Part shown: positions 9,684-19,131 of the stretch, piece by piece | Layout of the letters: each line of letters starts with the position of its first letter | How positions within the stretch are numbered: the first letter of the stretch is position 1 | NCBI GenBank assembly: GCA_041479905.1 | Contig: JBGOYY010000010.1 | Location: 1,370 to 65,369, forward strand | DNA from: Candidatus Aminicenantia bacterium | GTDB lineage: Bacteria; Acidobacteriota; Aminicenantia; Aminicenantales; Saccharicenantaceae | Direction of reading: 5' to 3' | Length of the DNA stretch: 64,000 bases | The notes under the pieces: model-generated | Seen by the model: the letters and a program-made list of their open reading frames with translations, nothing else | What the model was told of the DNA's origin: nothing | Database searches by the model: none | Position numbers and translations under genes: made by a program

Positions 9684-10624
9684 AGATAAATAATGATGCG
9701 TCAAAGCGTGTTTTAGTGACAGGTGGGGCAGGTTTTATTGGCAGGCACTGCCTGCCATTTTTAGTAGCCCAGGGCTTCGACGTACATGCAGCAGATGTCA
9801 TTATTCCAGAAAATAGTTTGTACGAAGTGCATTGGCATGACGTAGATTTGTTAGACACGCAGAAAACAAATGAATTGATTGTAACAATTCGTCCAACCCA
9901 TCTTCTTCACTTTGCCTGGTATGCTAAGCCAGGTGAATACTGGACCTCGACTGAGAACGTTCGGTGGTTGGAGGCTAGTTTGCATTTACTTCGTGTTTTT
10001 CAAAAGACTTGTGGTGAGCGCGTGGTTATGGCTGGTACCTGCGCCGAATACGATTGGAAGTTTGGATATTGTTCAGAACACGTTACGCCGCTTGCTCCTT
10101 CATCGTTATATGGTACCTGTAAAAACGCTATGCAACATTTATTGAAAGACTTCTCCCGGGAAATAAGGTTAAGTAGTGCTTGGGGAAGGATTTTCTTTCT
10201 CTATGGACCTCACGAGAATCCCAATCGTCTTGTTTCATCGGTCATCTTAAAATTGATCCATAATAAGGTCGTACTATGTTCACACGGGAATCAAATCCGA
10301 GATTTCTTGCATGTTAAAGATGTTGCATCGGCTTTTGTTTCATTACTAATGAGCAATGTCGATGGGCCGGTAAATATAGCATCCGGGAAACCAATTGCCT
10401 TAAAGGAAATTATCTTATCAATTGCAGATAAATTAGGTAAAAATAACCTTGTTAAATTAGGTGCACTGCCGCAAAAAGAAAATGAGCCAGCTGTATTATT
10501 CGGCGATACCAAGAGACTATTTAGCGAAGTTATTTGGCAGCCCCAATATGATATAGATGGAGGAATTAGAGAAACCATTGATTGGTGGCAAGAAAGGTGT
10601 GGCAATGAAGCCAAGTCAGAATAA
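9680..10624 (+). CDS. NAD-dependent sugar epimerase/4-ketoreductase
   Basis: 314 aa. Motifs [13 protein letters not shown] and YGTCKNAMQHL (YxxxK). Confidence 0.75.
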   Translation: MKINNDASKRVLVTGGAGFIGRHCLPFLVAQGFDVHAADVIIPENSLYEVHWHDVDLLDTQKTNELIVTIRPTHLLHFAWYAKPGEYWTSTENVRWLEASLHLLRVFQKTCGERVVMAGTCAEYDWKFGYCSEHVTPLAPSSLYGTCKNAMQHLLKDFSREIRLSSAWGRIFFLYGPHENPNRLVSSVILKLIHNKVVLCSHGNQIRDFLHVKDVASAFVSLLMSNVDGPVNIASGKPIALKEIILSIADKLGKNNLVKLGALPQKENEPAVLFGDTKRLFSEVIWQPQYDIDGGIRETIDWWQERCGNEAKSE

Positions 10625-10642
10625 CGATGCAATCGCAAAAGC

Positions 10643-11719
10643 ATGACCGATAACATCATCTATCGCATGGAGGGCCTGCCTGTTCAGCAGAACCGCTTCT
10701 ATGCAACGGCAAAAGACGCTATCGCCTGTCCAACGGGTAACCTGATACTAGTATTAGATCCGTTGACTGGTATCGTGCAAAATACGGTATTCCGGCCAGA
10801 GTTGATGACTTACGACGAAAATTACCAGAACGAGCAAGGTTATTCTAACGTATTTGAACAACACCTGTATCAGGTTATTGAAATCGTCCGGGGCCACTTC
10901 ATTGGAAAATCCATACTCGAAATCGGCTGTGGTAAGGGCAGGTTTCTCAAACTTATGAGGGATCAGGGCTTCTCGGTCGTTGGGATAGATCCTGCCTACG
11001 AAGGGGACGATCCGAATGTTGTCAAAGAATCATTTTCGCCATCGCTTGGCATGACCGGAGAGGCCATCATCCTCCGCCATGTTCTCGAACACATTCCGAA
11101 CCCAATGCGCTTTCTTGCTTCCATTACCGAAGCAAACGGCGGCAAAGGGCTTATTTATATCGAAGTGCCATGTCTTGACTGGATAAGGGATCATAGAGCG
11201 TGGTTCGATCTATTTTATGAACACGTCAATTACTTTCGACTGTCCGACTTCTTCCGCATATTCGACAGGATCCTTGATTCAGGCAGATTTTTCGGCGGGC
11301 AATACCTTTATGTGGTCGCTGATCTCACGTCTCTACGCATGAATCCCAAGGAGGACGTTCAAAGATTCCACCTGCCGGCAGATTTCCTTGACGGCATTGA
11401 TTGCGATATCGCCGCGTTGAAAAACCAGCGCGGCAGAAAACATATCATATGGGGCGGGGGATCGAAAGGGGTAATTTTTGCTTTGCAGTTGCTGCGGCGC
11501 GGTGGCGTAACCCCGGATTTCGTCATCGACATAAATCCGTTCAAACAGGGAAAGTACCTGCCGGTGACAGGGTTACCTGTGCTATCGCCCGAGAATGGCG
11601 TGTCCGGCATGGCCCGCCACGATGCCATATTTGTCATGAACTCCAACTACTTTGACGAAATCATAGCGACTGCGGGAGATAAATTTACATACTACAAGGT
11701 GGATCAAAATGAACTATGA
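10643..11719 (+). CDS. Second class I SAM methyltransferase with a C-methyltransferase-type C-terminal domain and no Zn-ribbon
   Basis: 358 aa. SAM motif ILEIGCGKGRFL and C-terminal IWGGGSKGVIFALQL...FKQGKYLPVTGLPV, parallel to the C-terminus of the 8457-9683 product. Confidence 0.65.
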   Translation: MTDNIIYRMEGLPVQQNRFYATAKDAIACPTGNLILVLDPLTGIVQNTVFRPELMTYDENYQNEQGYSNVFEQHLYQVIEIVRGHFIGKSILEIGCGKGRFLKLMRDQGFSVVGIDPAYEGDDPNVVKESFSPSLGMTGEAIILRHVLEHIPNPMRFLASITEANGGKGLIYIEVPCLDWIRDHRAWFDLFYEHVNYFRLSDFFRIFDRILDSGRFFGGQYLYVVADLTSLRMNPKEDVQRFHLPADFLDGIDCDIAALKNQRGRKHIIWGGGSKGVIFALQLLRRGGVTPDFVIDINPFKQGKYLPVTGLPVLSPENGVSGMARHDAIFVMNSNYFDEIIATAGDKFTYYKVDQNEL

Positions 11720-11951
11720 ACAAGAAGTCCGATCAAGAATTGAAGATAATGGAAAGAACGCTCTTCTGCTTCGGGCCAAATCAGAATTTATGCATCAATC
11801 GATTATGGCCAATTATTCATATACGTTCTCCTGACTTGGTTGCCCAATCATCCAGTATCCTCAGGATATTGTCGCCTTGCAGGAGATCACCTGGCAGGTC
11901 AAGCCTGATCTTATTTTTGAGGCCGGCAGTGAAAGAGCGACTCATGGTTAA
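11709..11951 (+). pseudogene. N-terminal remnant of a CmcI / cephalosporin-hydroxylase-family (sugar O-methyltransferase-like) gene with an in-frame TGA
   Basis: My own translation in the frame of the ATG at 11709: MNYEQEVRSRIEDNGKNALLLRAKSEFMHQSIMANYSYTFS*LGCPIIQYPQDIVALQEITWQVKPDLIFEAGSERATHG*. The family normally reads ..Y.F.WLG.PI[IL]Q.P.D......E.[IL]W..KPD.[IL][IF]E.G. The TGA at 11832-11834 sits at the Trp position, and the gene is truncated after about 80 codons. Confidence 0.7.
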
Positions 11952-11990
11952 TGGCCAGAATGCCGATCTGCCAGGGAATGGAGGTTAAGC

Positions 11991-12872
11991 GTGTCAGGCA
12001 TTGCTGTTATACACTTGGTCTGGGCGCCACTTGGCATTGAGCCATTTCGTGACTTTATACAATCTTATATCAGGCAACCGGCGGGCATTGACCATGACTT
12101 AATTATTCTATTCAATGGTTTTTCAACTGATGAAGAAACAATAGAATATAAACTGCTGTTGAAAGATGTGGAATATTCATCCTTGTTTTTTAAAGATACT
12201 TGTTTTGATATTACCGCATATCGTATTGCTGCCAGTAAGTTTAATCATGACTTCTTCTGTTTTCTTAATTCCTACAGTGTCCTTCTGGATAACGATTGGC
12301 TGGTGAAACTGTATAATTATGCATCTCAGCCTACAGTCGGGTTAGTAGGGGCGACGGGATCGTATGAGAATACTTATCGTAGCTCCATTAGCGGGCTGAA
12401 ATCATCTGAAGATCAAACTACTTACTGGAGACGCTTCATATTTTGTGATCGCTCCTTCTACCGCAGGTTTATAAAGGCTTTTAATGCAATTAAGGTAAGA
12501 CTTCTTCTCTATTACTGGTACGGCCCGTTGCCTAATTATAGCATTAGGACAAACGCCTTTATGATTAGGAAAAAAGTATTGAATAGAATTAAATGGGGAA
12601 AGGTCGTTTCAAGATCGGATAATCTAAGGTTTGAGAGCGGGAGGAAGTCCCTGAGTAAACAAATAGTTAACATGGGTTATGAATTGTTAGTGGTTGGCCG
12701 TAATGGTAGAGCATACAAAAGGGACGCTTTTCATAAAAGTAATTGTTTCCGCCAAGGGGAGCAGGAAAATCTTCTTATCGCTGATAATAGAACGGACGAG
12801 TACTTAAAGGCAGATAGTGACAGGAGGCTGTATTTAGCCGCTCTCGCTTGGGGCGATAAGGCGGTGCTTTAA
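11991..12872 (+). CDS. Hypothetical protein in an AT-rich block, possibly a glycan-modifying enzyme
   Basis: 293-aa ORF with a GTG start. I recognise no motif. Its position in the locus is the only functional hint. Confidence 0.5.
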   Translation: MSGIAVIHLVWAPLGIEPFRDFIQSYIRQPAGIDHDLIILFNGFSTDEETIEYKLLLKDVEYSSLFFKDTCFDITAYRIAASKFNHDFFCFLNSYSVLLDNDWLVKLYNYASQPTVGLVGATGSYENTYRSSISGLKSSEDQTTYWRRFIFCDRSFYRRFIKAFNAIKVRLLLYYWYGPLPNYSIRTNAFMIRKKVLNRIKWGKVVSRSDNLRFESGRKSLSKQIVNMGYELLVVGRNGRAYKRDAFHKSNCFRQGEQENLLIADNRTDEYLKADSDRRLYLAALAWGDKAVL

Positions 12873-12999
12873 TGAGATATCGATGGCAGGTACGCTAAAC
12901 ATGAAAGCGGGCAATGAAAGAGGCTGATGACCAGATTGTGTTTGTCTCCCAAGATGGGCGTCTGATGCGTGTATATCAAGTGTCCTTTCTGATAGGCGG

Positions 13000-14523
13000 T
13001 TGCCTTACGTGAGTTTACTTAAAAGAAACATAGCAGCCAACTTCAGTGGCAGTATTTGGACTGGGCTGATGGGGCTGGTTTTTATACCCCTCTATATCCA
13101 CTTCATGGGCATCGAAGCATACGGGCTGATGGGCGTCTTTGCCACTCTGTTGGCACTCTTTGGATTACTCGACATGGGGCTGAGCAGTACCCTGAATCGT
13201 GAGATGGCACGGCTGGCTGTGCAGGATGATAAGGCTCAGGAGATGCGAGATCTCGTGAGGACCTTGGAGATCCCTTACTGGGCGGTGGGTTTACTCATCA
13301 GCCTTATCGTCATTGCGGCCTCACAATTCATTGCCTATCATTGGGTGAATGCAGAAAACCTGGCTCCGAGAACGGTTCAAACCGCTATAATTCTCATGGG
13401 ATTCGTGACGTTGTTCCAGTGGCCGATCGGTTTTTACTCGGGCGGACTGAGGGGGCTCCAGCGACAGGTGCTGCTGAACACTATCAACATGGCGATGGCG
13501 ACCTTCCGCGGGTTGGGTGCCGTGTTAGTCCTGTGGCTTGTCTCGCCTACGGTGGAGGCATTTTTCTCATGGCAGATCATCGTCAGCGTCATCCAGGTTG
13601 GCTTGATCGTTTTCTTTCTCTGGCGCAGCTTACCGCACGCCGCTTCACCACCGCGTTTCCGGCAAGAACTGCTACGGAACATCTGGCGCTTCGCCGCTGG
13701 AATGACTGGGATCGCACTGCTCTCAACGATCCTCGGCCAACTGGATAAAGTTATTTTGAGCCGCATGTTAAACCTAGAGTTTTTTGGTTACTATACCCTG
13801 GCAAGTTCCATCGCTATGAACCTTTATAGTTTTATAAGTCCAGTTTTTTCAGCCACGTACCCCCGTTTGACCAATCTGGTGGCGTTGGGCGCCACGGAGG
13901 AGATAACAAGACTGTATCACAAGAGCGCGCAGTTAGTGTCAGTGCTCGTGCTGCCTGCCGCGCTCGTGGTCGCGCTCTTCTCTAAAGAGGTACTGTTGCT
14001 GTGGACCCAGAGTTCCGTAACAGCCGAGCATACCCATGTGCTGGTGAGCATCCTTATTATGAGCATAGCCATCAATGGCCTCATGAACATCCCCTACGCG
14101 CTGCAATTGGCCTTTGGGTGGACACGACTCACTTTCCTTGTCAACGTTATGTCTGTGCTGCTCATGGTGCCGCTTATGATTGTCTTCACGAAATGGTATG
14201 GCGCGGTGGGTGCGGCCAGTGTCTCGGTAATTCTGAACGCGGGGTATATTTTCGTTAGCCTCCCGATCATGCACAGGCGGTTACTGCCCACCGAGAAGTG
14301 GCGCTGGTACTTGGAAGATGTCGGCCGCCCTCTGCTTGCGGCGGTTGTGATCAGCATTATTGGACGCTTTATTATTAAATCCGATTGGTCCCCGTTGCTG
14401 CTCATTGTAAGCTTGGGTCTGGTAAGCGGGGGAACTCTTTTTGCTTCTGCCTGTGCTGCCGATCAACTTGAAGTTGTAGCGAGAATTAAGTCGTTTATGA
14501 TCTTGCGTCGACAAATATCTTGA
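13000..14523 (+). CDS. wzx: Wzx-type oligosaccharide flippase (polysaccharide biosynthesis protein, MOP superfamily)
   Basis: 507 aa with many predicted TM segments. N-terminus LLKRNIAANFSGSIWTGLMGLVFIPLYIHFMG. The start is non-ATG (TTG 13000 or GTG 13009). Confidence 0.8.
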   Translation: MPYVSLLKRNIAANFSGSIWTGLMGLVFIPLYIHFMGIEAYGLMGVFATLLALFGLLDMGLSSTLNREMARLAVQDDKAQEMRDLVRTLEIPYWAVGLLISLIVIAASQFIAYHWVNAENLAPRTVQTAIILMGFVTLFQWPIGFYSGGLRGLQRQVLLNTINMAMATFRGLGAVLVLWLVSPTVEAFFSWQIIVSVIQVGLIVFFLWRSLPHAASPPRFRQELLRNIWRFAAGMTGIALLSTILGQLDKVILSRMLNLEFFGYYTLASSIAMNLYSFISPVFSATYPRLTNLVALGATEEITRLYHKSAQLVSVLVLPAALVVALFSKEVLLLWTQSSVTAEHTHVLVSILIMSIAINGLMNIPYALQLAFGWTRLTFLVNVMSVLLMVPLMIVFTKWYGAVGAASVSVILNAGYIFVSLPIMHRRLLPTEKWRWYLEDVGRPLLAAVVISIIGRFIIKSDWSPLLLIVSLGLVSGGTLFASACAADQLEVVARIKSFMILRRQIS

Positions 14524-14524
14524 A

Positions 14525-15670
14525 ATGGAAACTGGAGAGTCCTTGAACTTAGATGAACCATTGAAACCAATGATAACTACGATCATCCCAACATACCGGC
14601 GACCTCAGCAGTTGAAGCAAGCGATTCTTAGCGTATTGCATCAGACCTATCCTCATTTCCGGGTATGCGTTTATGATAACGCTTCAGGGGATGACACGGC
14701 TTTAATTGTCGCTGAATTGGCAAAGGTTGATCCACGCGTTAAATACTATTGCCATGAAGAGAATATTGGCGCAATTAAGAATTTCCAGTTTGGATTGGAG
14801 CATGTTGAGACACCGTTTTTTTCTTTCTTGTCAGACGATGATTTTCTTCTTCCCGATTTTTACCAGATTGCGCTGGGCAGGTTTGAGAAATACCCCGATG
14901 CAATGTTTTCTGCGACGGATGTCATTATAAGCAACAAAATGCAAGTCATAATGAGATATACCTTGGATAATTACGAAGCTGGTTACTACAGTCCTCCCAC
15001 TGGATTACTGGAATTGTTTCAAAAGGGGAATCTTACCTGGACTGGTATTTTGTTTCGACACGACGTGAAGGAGATTGTTGGATTACTTGACTGCAACGTC
15101 GGCGCGCCGCACGATCACGATTTCATAAATCGCATTGCGGCAAAGTGTCCTTTTGTCCTAACCAGACGGCCCGGAGCTGTTTTTATAAACTGGGGCCAGG
15201 ATAGCTATTATTTTCAATCTAAGGCTGGACTCAGAAGGATGATAGCCAACCTGAAGAAAAGCAATGTTCCTGCTGATATACTACGCCCCATAGAACATGC
15301 GATGATTCGGAGGTATCAGCGACGAACTTTCTCTCGGTGCCTTTATTATCTGAAGAGGGAAGACGGACGAAATGCCTTGATGCTGGCCCAAGAATTGAAG
15401 AAGGATCCAGGGAGTAATGCGGTATATGCTGCGCTTGAAGCCCTTCTTAGATGGCCTTTTTATTGCTCATTATTTGGTCATTGTGTTCGTGCCATTCGCG
15501 ACACACAAGATTTTCTGCTTGAGCTTATCGGCGCCAAGCGACAAGCGGTTTCACCGCGGTGCCCGGATACATATCTTGAAAGTGACGTCCAGAATATTAA
15601 AGCTCAACTTGAAGAACAGCGGCAGGATAGTGGGCGTCCGAAATATTGCAATAGTAATCCCAGTATATAA
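14525..15670 (+). CDS. Glycosyltransferase family 2
   Basis: ITTIIPTYRRPQQLKQAILSVLHQTYPHFRVCVYDNASGDDT. The true start may be the internal Met before ITTIIP. Confidence 0.8.
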   Translation: METGESLNLDEPLKPMITTIIPTYRRPQQLKQAILSVLHQTYPHFRVCVYDNASGDDTALIVAELAKVDPRVKYYCHEENIGAIKNFQFGLEHVETPFFSFLSDDDFLLPDFYQIALGRFEKYPDAMFSATDVIISNKMQVIMRYTLDNYEAGYYSPPTGLLELFQKGNLTWTGILFRHDVKEIVGLLDCNVGAPHDHDFINRIAAKCPFVLTRRPGAVFINWGQDSYYFQSKAGLRRMIANLKKSNVPADILRPIEHAMIRRYQRRTFSRCLYYLKREDGRNALMLAQELKKDPGSNAVYAALEALLRWPFYCSLFGHCVRAIRDTQDFLLELIGAKRQAVSPRCPDTYLESDVQNIKAQLEEQRQDSGRPKYCNSNPSI

Positions 15671-16745
15671 TGCGGAGAAGTACCTTCATCGGTGCATTGA
15701 GTCGATACTTTCGCAGAGCTATGAGGATTATGCGGCGGTGTCTGTTGACGAGGGTTCTATGACGACCCCAACTATTTCTGCAATGACAAATGGAATCGGC
15801 CTCTCTATTGTTATTCCTCTCTATAATAAAGCCCATCATATCAAGCGGGCAATCAACTCTGTTTTGGCTCAGAGCTATACCAATTATGAGCTGATCATAG
15901 TTGACGACGGATCTACCGATGGCAGCAGCGAGTTGGTCCGTCAGATGACTGATCCGCGTATCCGTTTGATTGCACAGCCAAACGGGGGAACAGGAGCTGC
16001 CCGGAACACAGGGATTCTGGAGGCACGCGCTGAATTGGTGGCCTTTCTGGATGCGGACGACGAATGGTTGCCGAACTTCCTCGAGACAGTGATGGGGTTG
16101 CAGGCACGGCATCCAACAGCAGGAATATTCGCCACTGCGTATCGAAACTGTCTGAAAGGGGAAACCGTGCATATTGCTTTCTTGGGGTGTGTTGCTTCCC
16201 CCGAGGGCGGTTTGTTGGAGGATTACTTTCGCGCGGCATTGGGCCCTCCGCCCATATGCGCATCTGCCGTTATGATTCCGAAGCCCGTGCTCGCTGAGGT
16301 TAATTTCTTTCCCGTTGGGATCAAACTGGGAGAAGATCTTGAAACTTGGGCAGCCATTGCGCTTCGTCACCGTGTGGCCTGGTCTCCAGTGGAGGGGGCC
16401 GTCTATAATCTGTCCGCGACCAACCGTGCGTGTTTATTCTACCCCCTACCTATGGATGTGCGCCCAGCCGTTCCTGTAGAGGCTTTTCTGGCGGGTGGCA
16501 TGCAGCCCATTTCCTCCCGGTTCTATGCGGAGGAGTACTTGACGAGACTGCGGTTGGAGGTCGCGAAAGCCCACTTGCTTGCCGGGCAAAGGGCATGGGT
16601 GCGAAGATTGGTACAGAAAACAGCCGGAACGGTGCTATTCCAAAAGAAGAGATGGGTATTGCGTCTGATGTTCTGGATTCCGACCAGGCTGCTACGGGTT
16701 ATGGCAGGAACTTTCCGGAACATTCGGGGTCTGATGGGCCGGTAA
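15630..16745 (+). CDS. Glycosyltransferase family 2 preceded in-frame by a second, degenerate GT2 N-terminal module
   Basis: Complete GT2 start LSIVIPLYNKAHHIKRAINSVLAQSYTNYELIIVDDGSTDGS. About 45 codons upstream, in the same frame, is IAIVIPVYNAEKYLHRCIESILSQSYEDYAAVSVDEGS. Candidate starts are GTG 15630, ATG 15759 and ATG 15783. The track ORF start at 15417 lies inside the previous gene. Confidence 0.75.
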   Translation: MGVRNIAIVIPVYNAEKYLHRCIESILSQSYEDYAAVSVDEGSMTTPTISAMTNGIGLSIVIPLYNKAHHIKRAINSVLAQSYTNYELIIVDDGSTDGSSELVRQMTDPRIRLIAQPNGGTGAARNTGILEARAELVAFLDADDEWLPNFLETVMGLQARHPTAGIFATAYRNCLKGETVHIAFLGCVASPEGGLLEDYFRAALGPPPICASAVMIPKPVLAEVNFFPVGIKLGEDLETWAAIALRHRVAWSPVEGAVYNLSATNRACLFYPLPMDVRPAVPVEAFLAGGMQPISSRFYAEEYLTRLRLEVAKAHLLAGQRAWVRRLVQKTAGTVLFQKKRWVLRLMFWIPTRLLRVMAGTFRNIRGLMGR

Positions 16746-16940
16746 CAAAGATCCCGTTTTCAAAGAAGGCGATCGACTAGTCCTTGACGCCACACCGACC
16801 AACCAATTCTTAGCGTCAGGAAGACCACCTGCCTCAGCTCCATTCTATATGGCCCATTATCGACAGTTGCTTTTTCGAAGTTCCTGTAAAAGAATAAATT
16901 ACGAGCTGGTAAAAAAAGTTTGGCACTACGGTTTCTCATC

Positions 16941-17429
16941 TCAGCCGATCATTGTCACTGAGGACGGCGGTCGAACTCCGGCCGCCCGAAACGCCTGATG
17001 GGCCGTGCCTTGAAGGTCGGTCCGCAAAACATAGGTCTGCCCATCGGCTTCCAGTCTGACCGCATGGACCTGGCCCAGGTCCCTCATCAGAGTCGGCCAG
17101 GACACATCGATGCCGTGCGCCTCGAGCCTTCTCTGCAGGTCCACTTCCAGTCGCAGGGCCAGGAAGCCGACCACGATGTGCCCGATCGACGTGTCGTCGC
17201 GGTGATGGAAGATCGGCCGGACGTCCAACGTGCTTTTCGTCTCCCGAAACGCCCGCTCCACCCGCCACAGGCTCTTATAGGTCTTCGCCACTTCAGCCGC
17301 GGGAAGATCGGTGTTCGTCCGCAAGACATATTTTCCGTCGTAGCGGGCCTCCGCGGCCACCTTGTCCTCATTGATCCGCATGGCGTCTTTTGTCATCCAG
17401 AGATACCGAGCATAGCCCTTGTTCCCCAC
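16941..17429 (-). mobile_element. C-terminal remnant of an IS1634/IS4-type DDE transposase (no N-terminal part, no ends identified)
   Basis: 162 aa: ...YDGKYVLRTNTDLPAAEVAKTYKSLWRVERAFRETKSTLDVRPIFHHRDDTSIGHIVVGFLAL. This is a high-GC segment between AT-richer glycan genes. Confidence 0.65.
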
Positions 17430-17515
17430 CTCACACGAAGCCCAAGAGATTGCGAATATCTATGAAAGCGTGTGGCGAGAGATATCGGCGGGGCGTTCAA
17501 CGAGGGATAGAGTAG

Positions 17516-18982
17516 ATGGCTAGCAACAGATCCATAGAATTGGATCGAAGACTCTTCGTAGATCTTATCAGTGTTACCCTTACTGTAAGCCTGCTAGTAG
17601 GAGTGATTATTAGTATAGGCTCTGATCTAGTAAAGGTAGCTGTCGTGGTATGCGCCAGCATATTATTCTTCATTCTCGCTTTTTTGAAGCCTAAGACAGT
17701 ACTGTTGATCATTGGCTTTATCATTCCATTAGAGAAGTTTGGAGCACTTGGAGTTGGGCTTATTGACTACATTACGGTTGCCAAAGCACTTGGCCTAGTT
17801 TTGTTTACTAGTGTAGTGGTTCGAAGTATTGTCCGCCGACGCCCGATCATCACCAAAATGAACTCGCTTGATTACTTGGTAATCATCTACATTATAAGCG
17901 CTGTGATTCCCTCGCTTTTTAGATTGTTTCTGAACGATTCATACAGAATAGACACATCAGTTCTCACAGTGGTGATATCTTATATATCCCTTCTAGCGTT
18001 TTATCTGGTTGTTAGATCGCTATGCGACGCTCAGCTCTTGGATAAACTGTGGTACGCGGTGTTATTTGGTTTTTGGTTGTCGGCAGCAATCTCACTGACG
18101 CCTCTTGGCATGGAGGTAATTAATGGGGTAGCGTCTAGGGCGTCAGGTGGATTCCTAGAAGAAAACAATGCGGGCCTTAACAGTCTGATTGCCATGGCGA
18201 TTGGGATCTGGCTAGCATTCGCCAGCAGGCGTAAGAAAGCACAACTGTTTGGTATTCTTTCAGCAGGAGCGAGTCTGATGCTAATTGTCCGATCATTCTC
18301 CAGAGGAGCGGCTGTTGGCTTGGCGGTATTACTCATTCTGTTCCCAGTCATTCTCTGGAAAGAACGCAAGAGCCTTGCTTTGTCCAAAAAGAAAACATAC
18401 TGGAGAGCAACCCTACTCATATCGTTGTCTGTTTTGATTGTGCTCGGTAGTCTGCTGATTACCGACATGGCTCCACACCGCTATTGGGAGCGACTTAGCA
18501 CTATTTCCGACGTGAATAAAGACCCTGCCATTGACGCAAGATTGGCAGCGTGGAAAATCGGCTTGCAGCTGTTTCAGCTATCGCCTGTGTTTGGTATGGG
18601 CATAGGTAGCATTCCTGTACTCAGCTTTGATATGATGCCCACTCACCTGGTCAATATTGGAGTTCTCGCAATCGGATCTCATAATACTTACATATCTATT
18701 CTGGCTGAGAGTGGTCTTGTTGGGTTTCTACCTTTCGTTGCGATGTTGGTCCTATGTTTCAAGGCTTTTCTTTCATCGAGCAGAAGTTCCGGATCGATGA
18801 AAAGGGCCCTATTTGTTGGGCTCGGAGCTTTCTTGGTCGGAGCGGTGTTTTTGGATTCTCGCACAGAAAAGATGTTCTATTTGCTAATTGCTTCGGCAGG
18901 CGTGATCGTCAGTATTACTGACAAAGCGTTGTTCGACAGAAATATTGCCTTTAAGAAGTTAAAATTCGTTAGAAACTCTTGA
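17516..18982 (+). CDS. wzy: O-antigen polymerase / O-antigen-ligase-family (Wzy_C) membrane protein
   Basis: 488 aa, polytopic. Wzy_C-type motif GSHNTYISILAESGLVGFLPFVAML. Confidence 0.75.
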   Translation: MASNRSIELDRRLFVDLISVTLTVSLLVGVIISIGSDLVKVAVVVCASILFFILAFLKPKTVLLIIGFIIPLEKFGALGVGLIDYITVAKALGLVLFTSVVVRSIVRRRPIITKMNSLDYLVIIYIISAVIPSLFRLFLNDSYRIDTSVLTVVISYISLLAFYLVVRSLCDAQLLDKLWYAVLFGFWLSAAISLTPLGMEVINGVASRASGGFLEENNAGLNSLIAMAIGIWLAFASRRKKAQLFGILSAGASLMLIVRSFSRGAAVGLAVLLILFPVILWKERKSLALSKKKTYWRATLLISLSVLIVLGSLLITDMAPHRYWERLSTISDVNKDPAIDARLAAWKIGLQLFQLSPVFGMGIGSIPVLSFDMMPTHLVNIGVLAIGSHNTYISILAESGLVGFLPFVAMLVLCFKAFLSSSRSSGSMKRALFVGLGAFLVGAVFLDSRTEKMFYLLIASAGVIVSITDKALFDRNIAFKKLKFVRNS

Positions 18983-19020
18983 TGATTTATAACTCTCATA
19001 GCAGGCGAAGCGATTAAGAT

Positions 19021-19090
19021 GATTAACCAAAACCTTTGCAGTATGCCCCGCGACTTGCCGCGGGGCATACTGCAAAGGTTTTGGTTAATC
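19021..19090. repeat. Perfect 32-bp-stem / 6-nt-loop hairpin (foldback)
   Basis: GATTAACCAAAACCTTTGCAGTATGCCCCGCG-acttgc-CGCGGGGCATACTGCAAAGGTTTTGGTTAATC, checked base by base. Confidence 0.9.
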
Positions 19091-19131
19091 CAATTACATT
19101 GATCAGGGAGAAAGCAGATATTAGCGGGTTT

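Noticed and set aside
11716-11988. 90-aa track ORF
   Set aside because: It is the wrong frame. The adjacent frame from 11709 gives a recognisable but broken CmcI-family N-terminus, reported above as a pseudogene.
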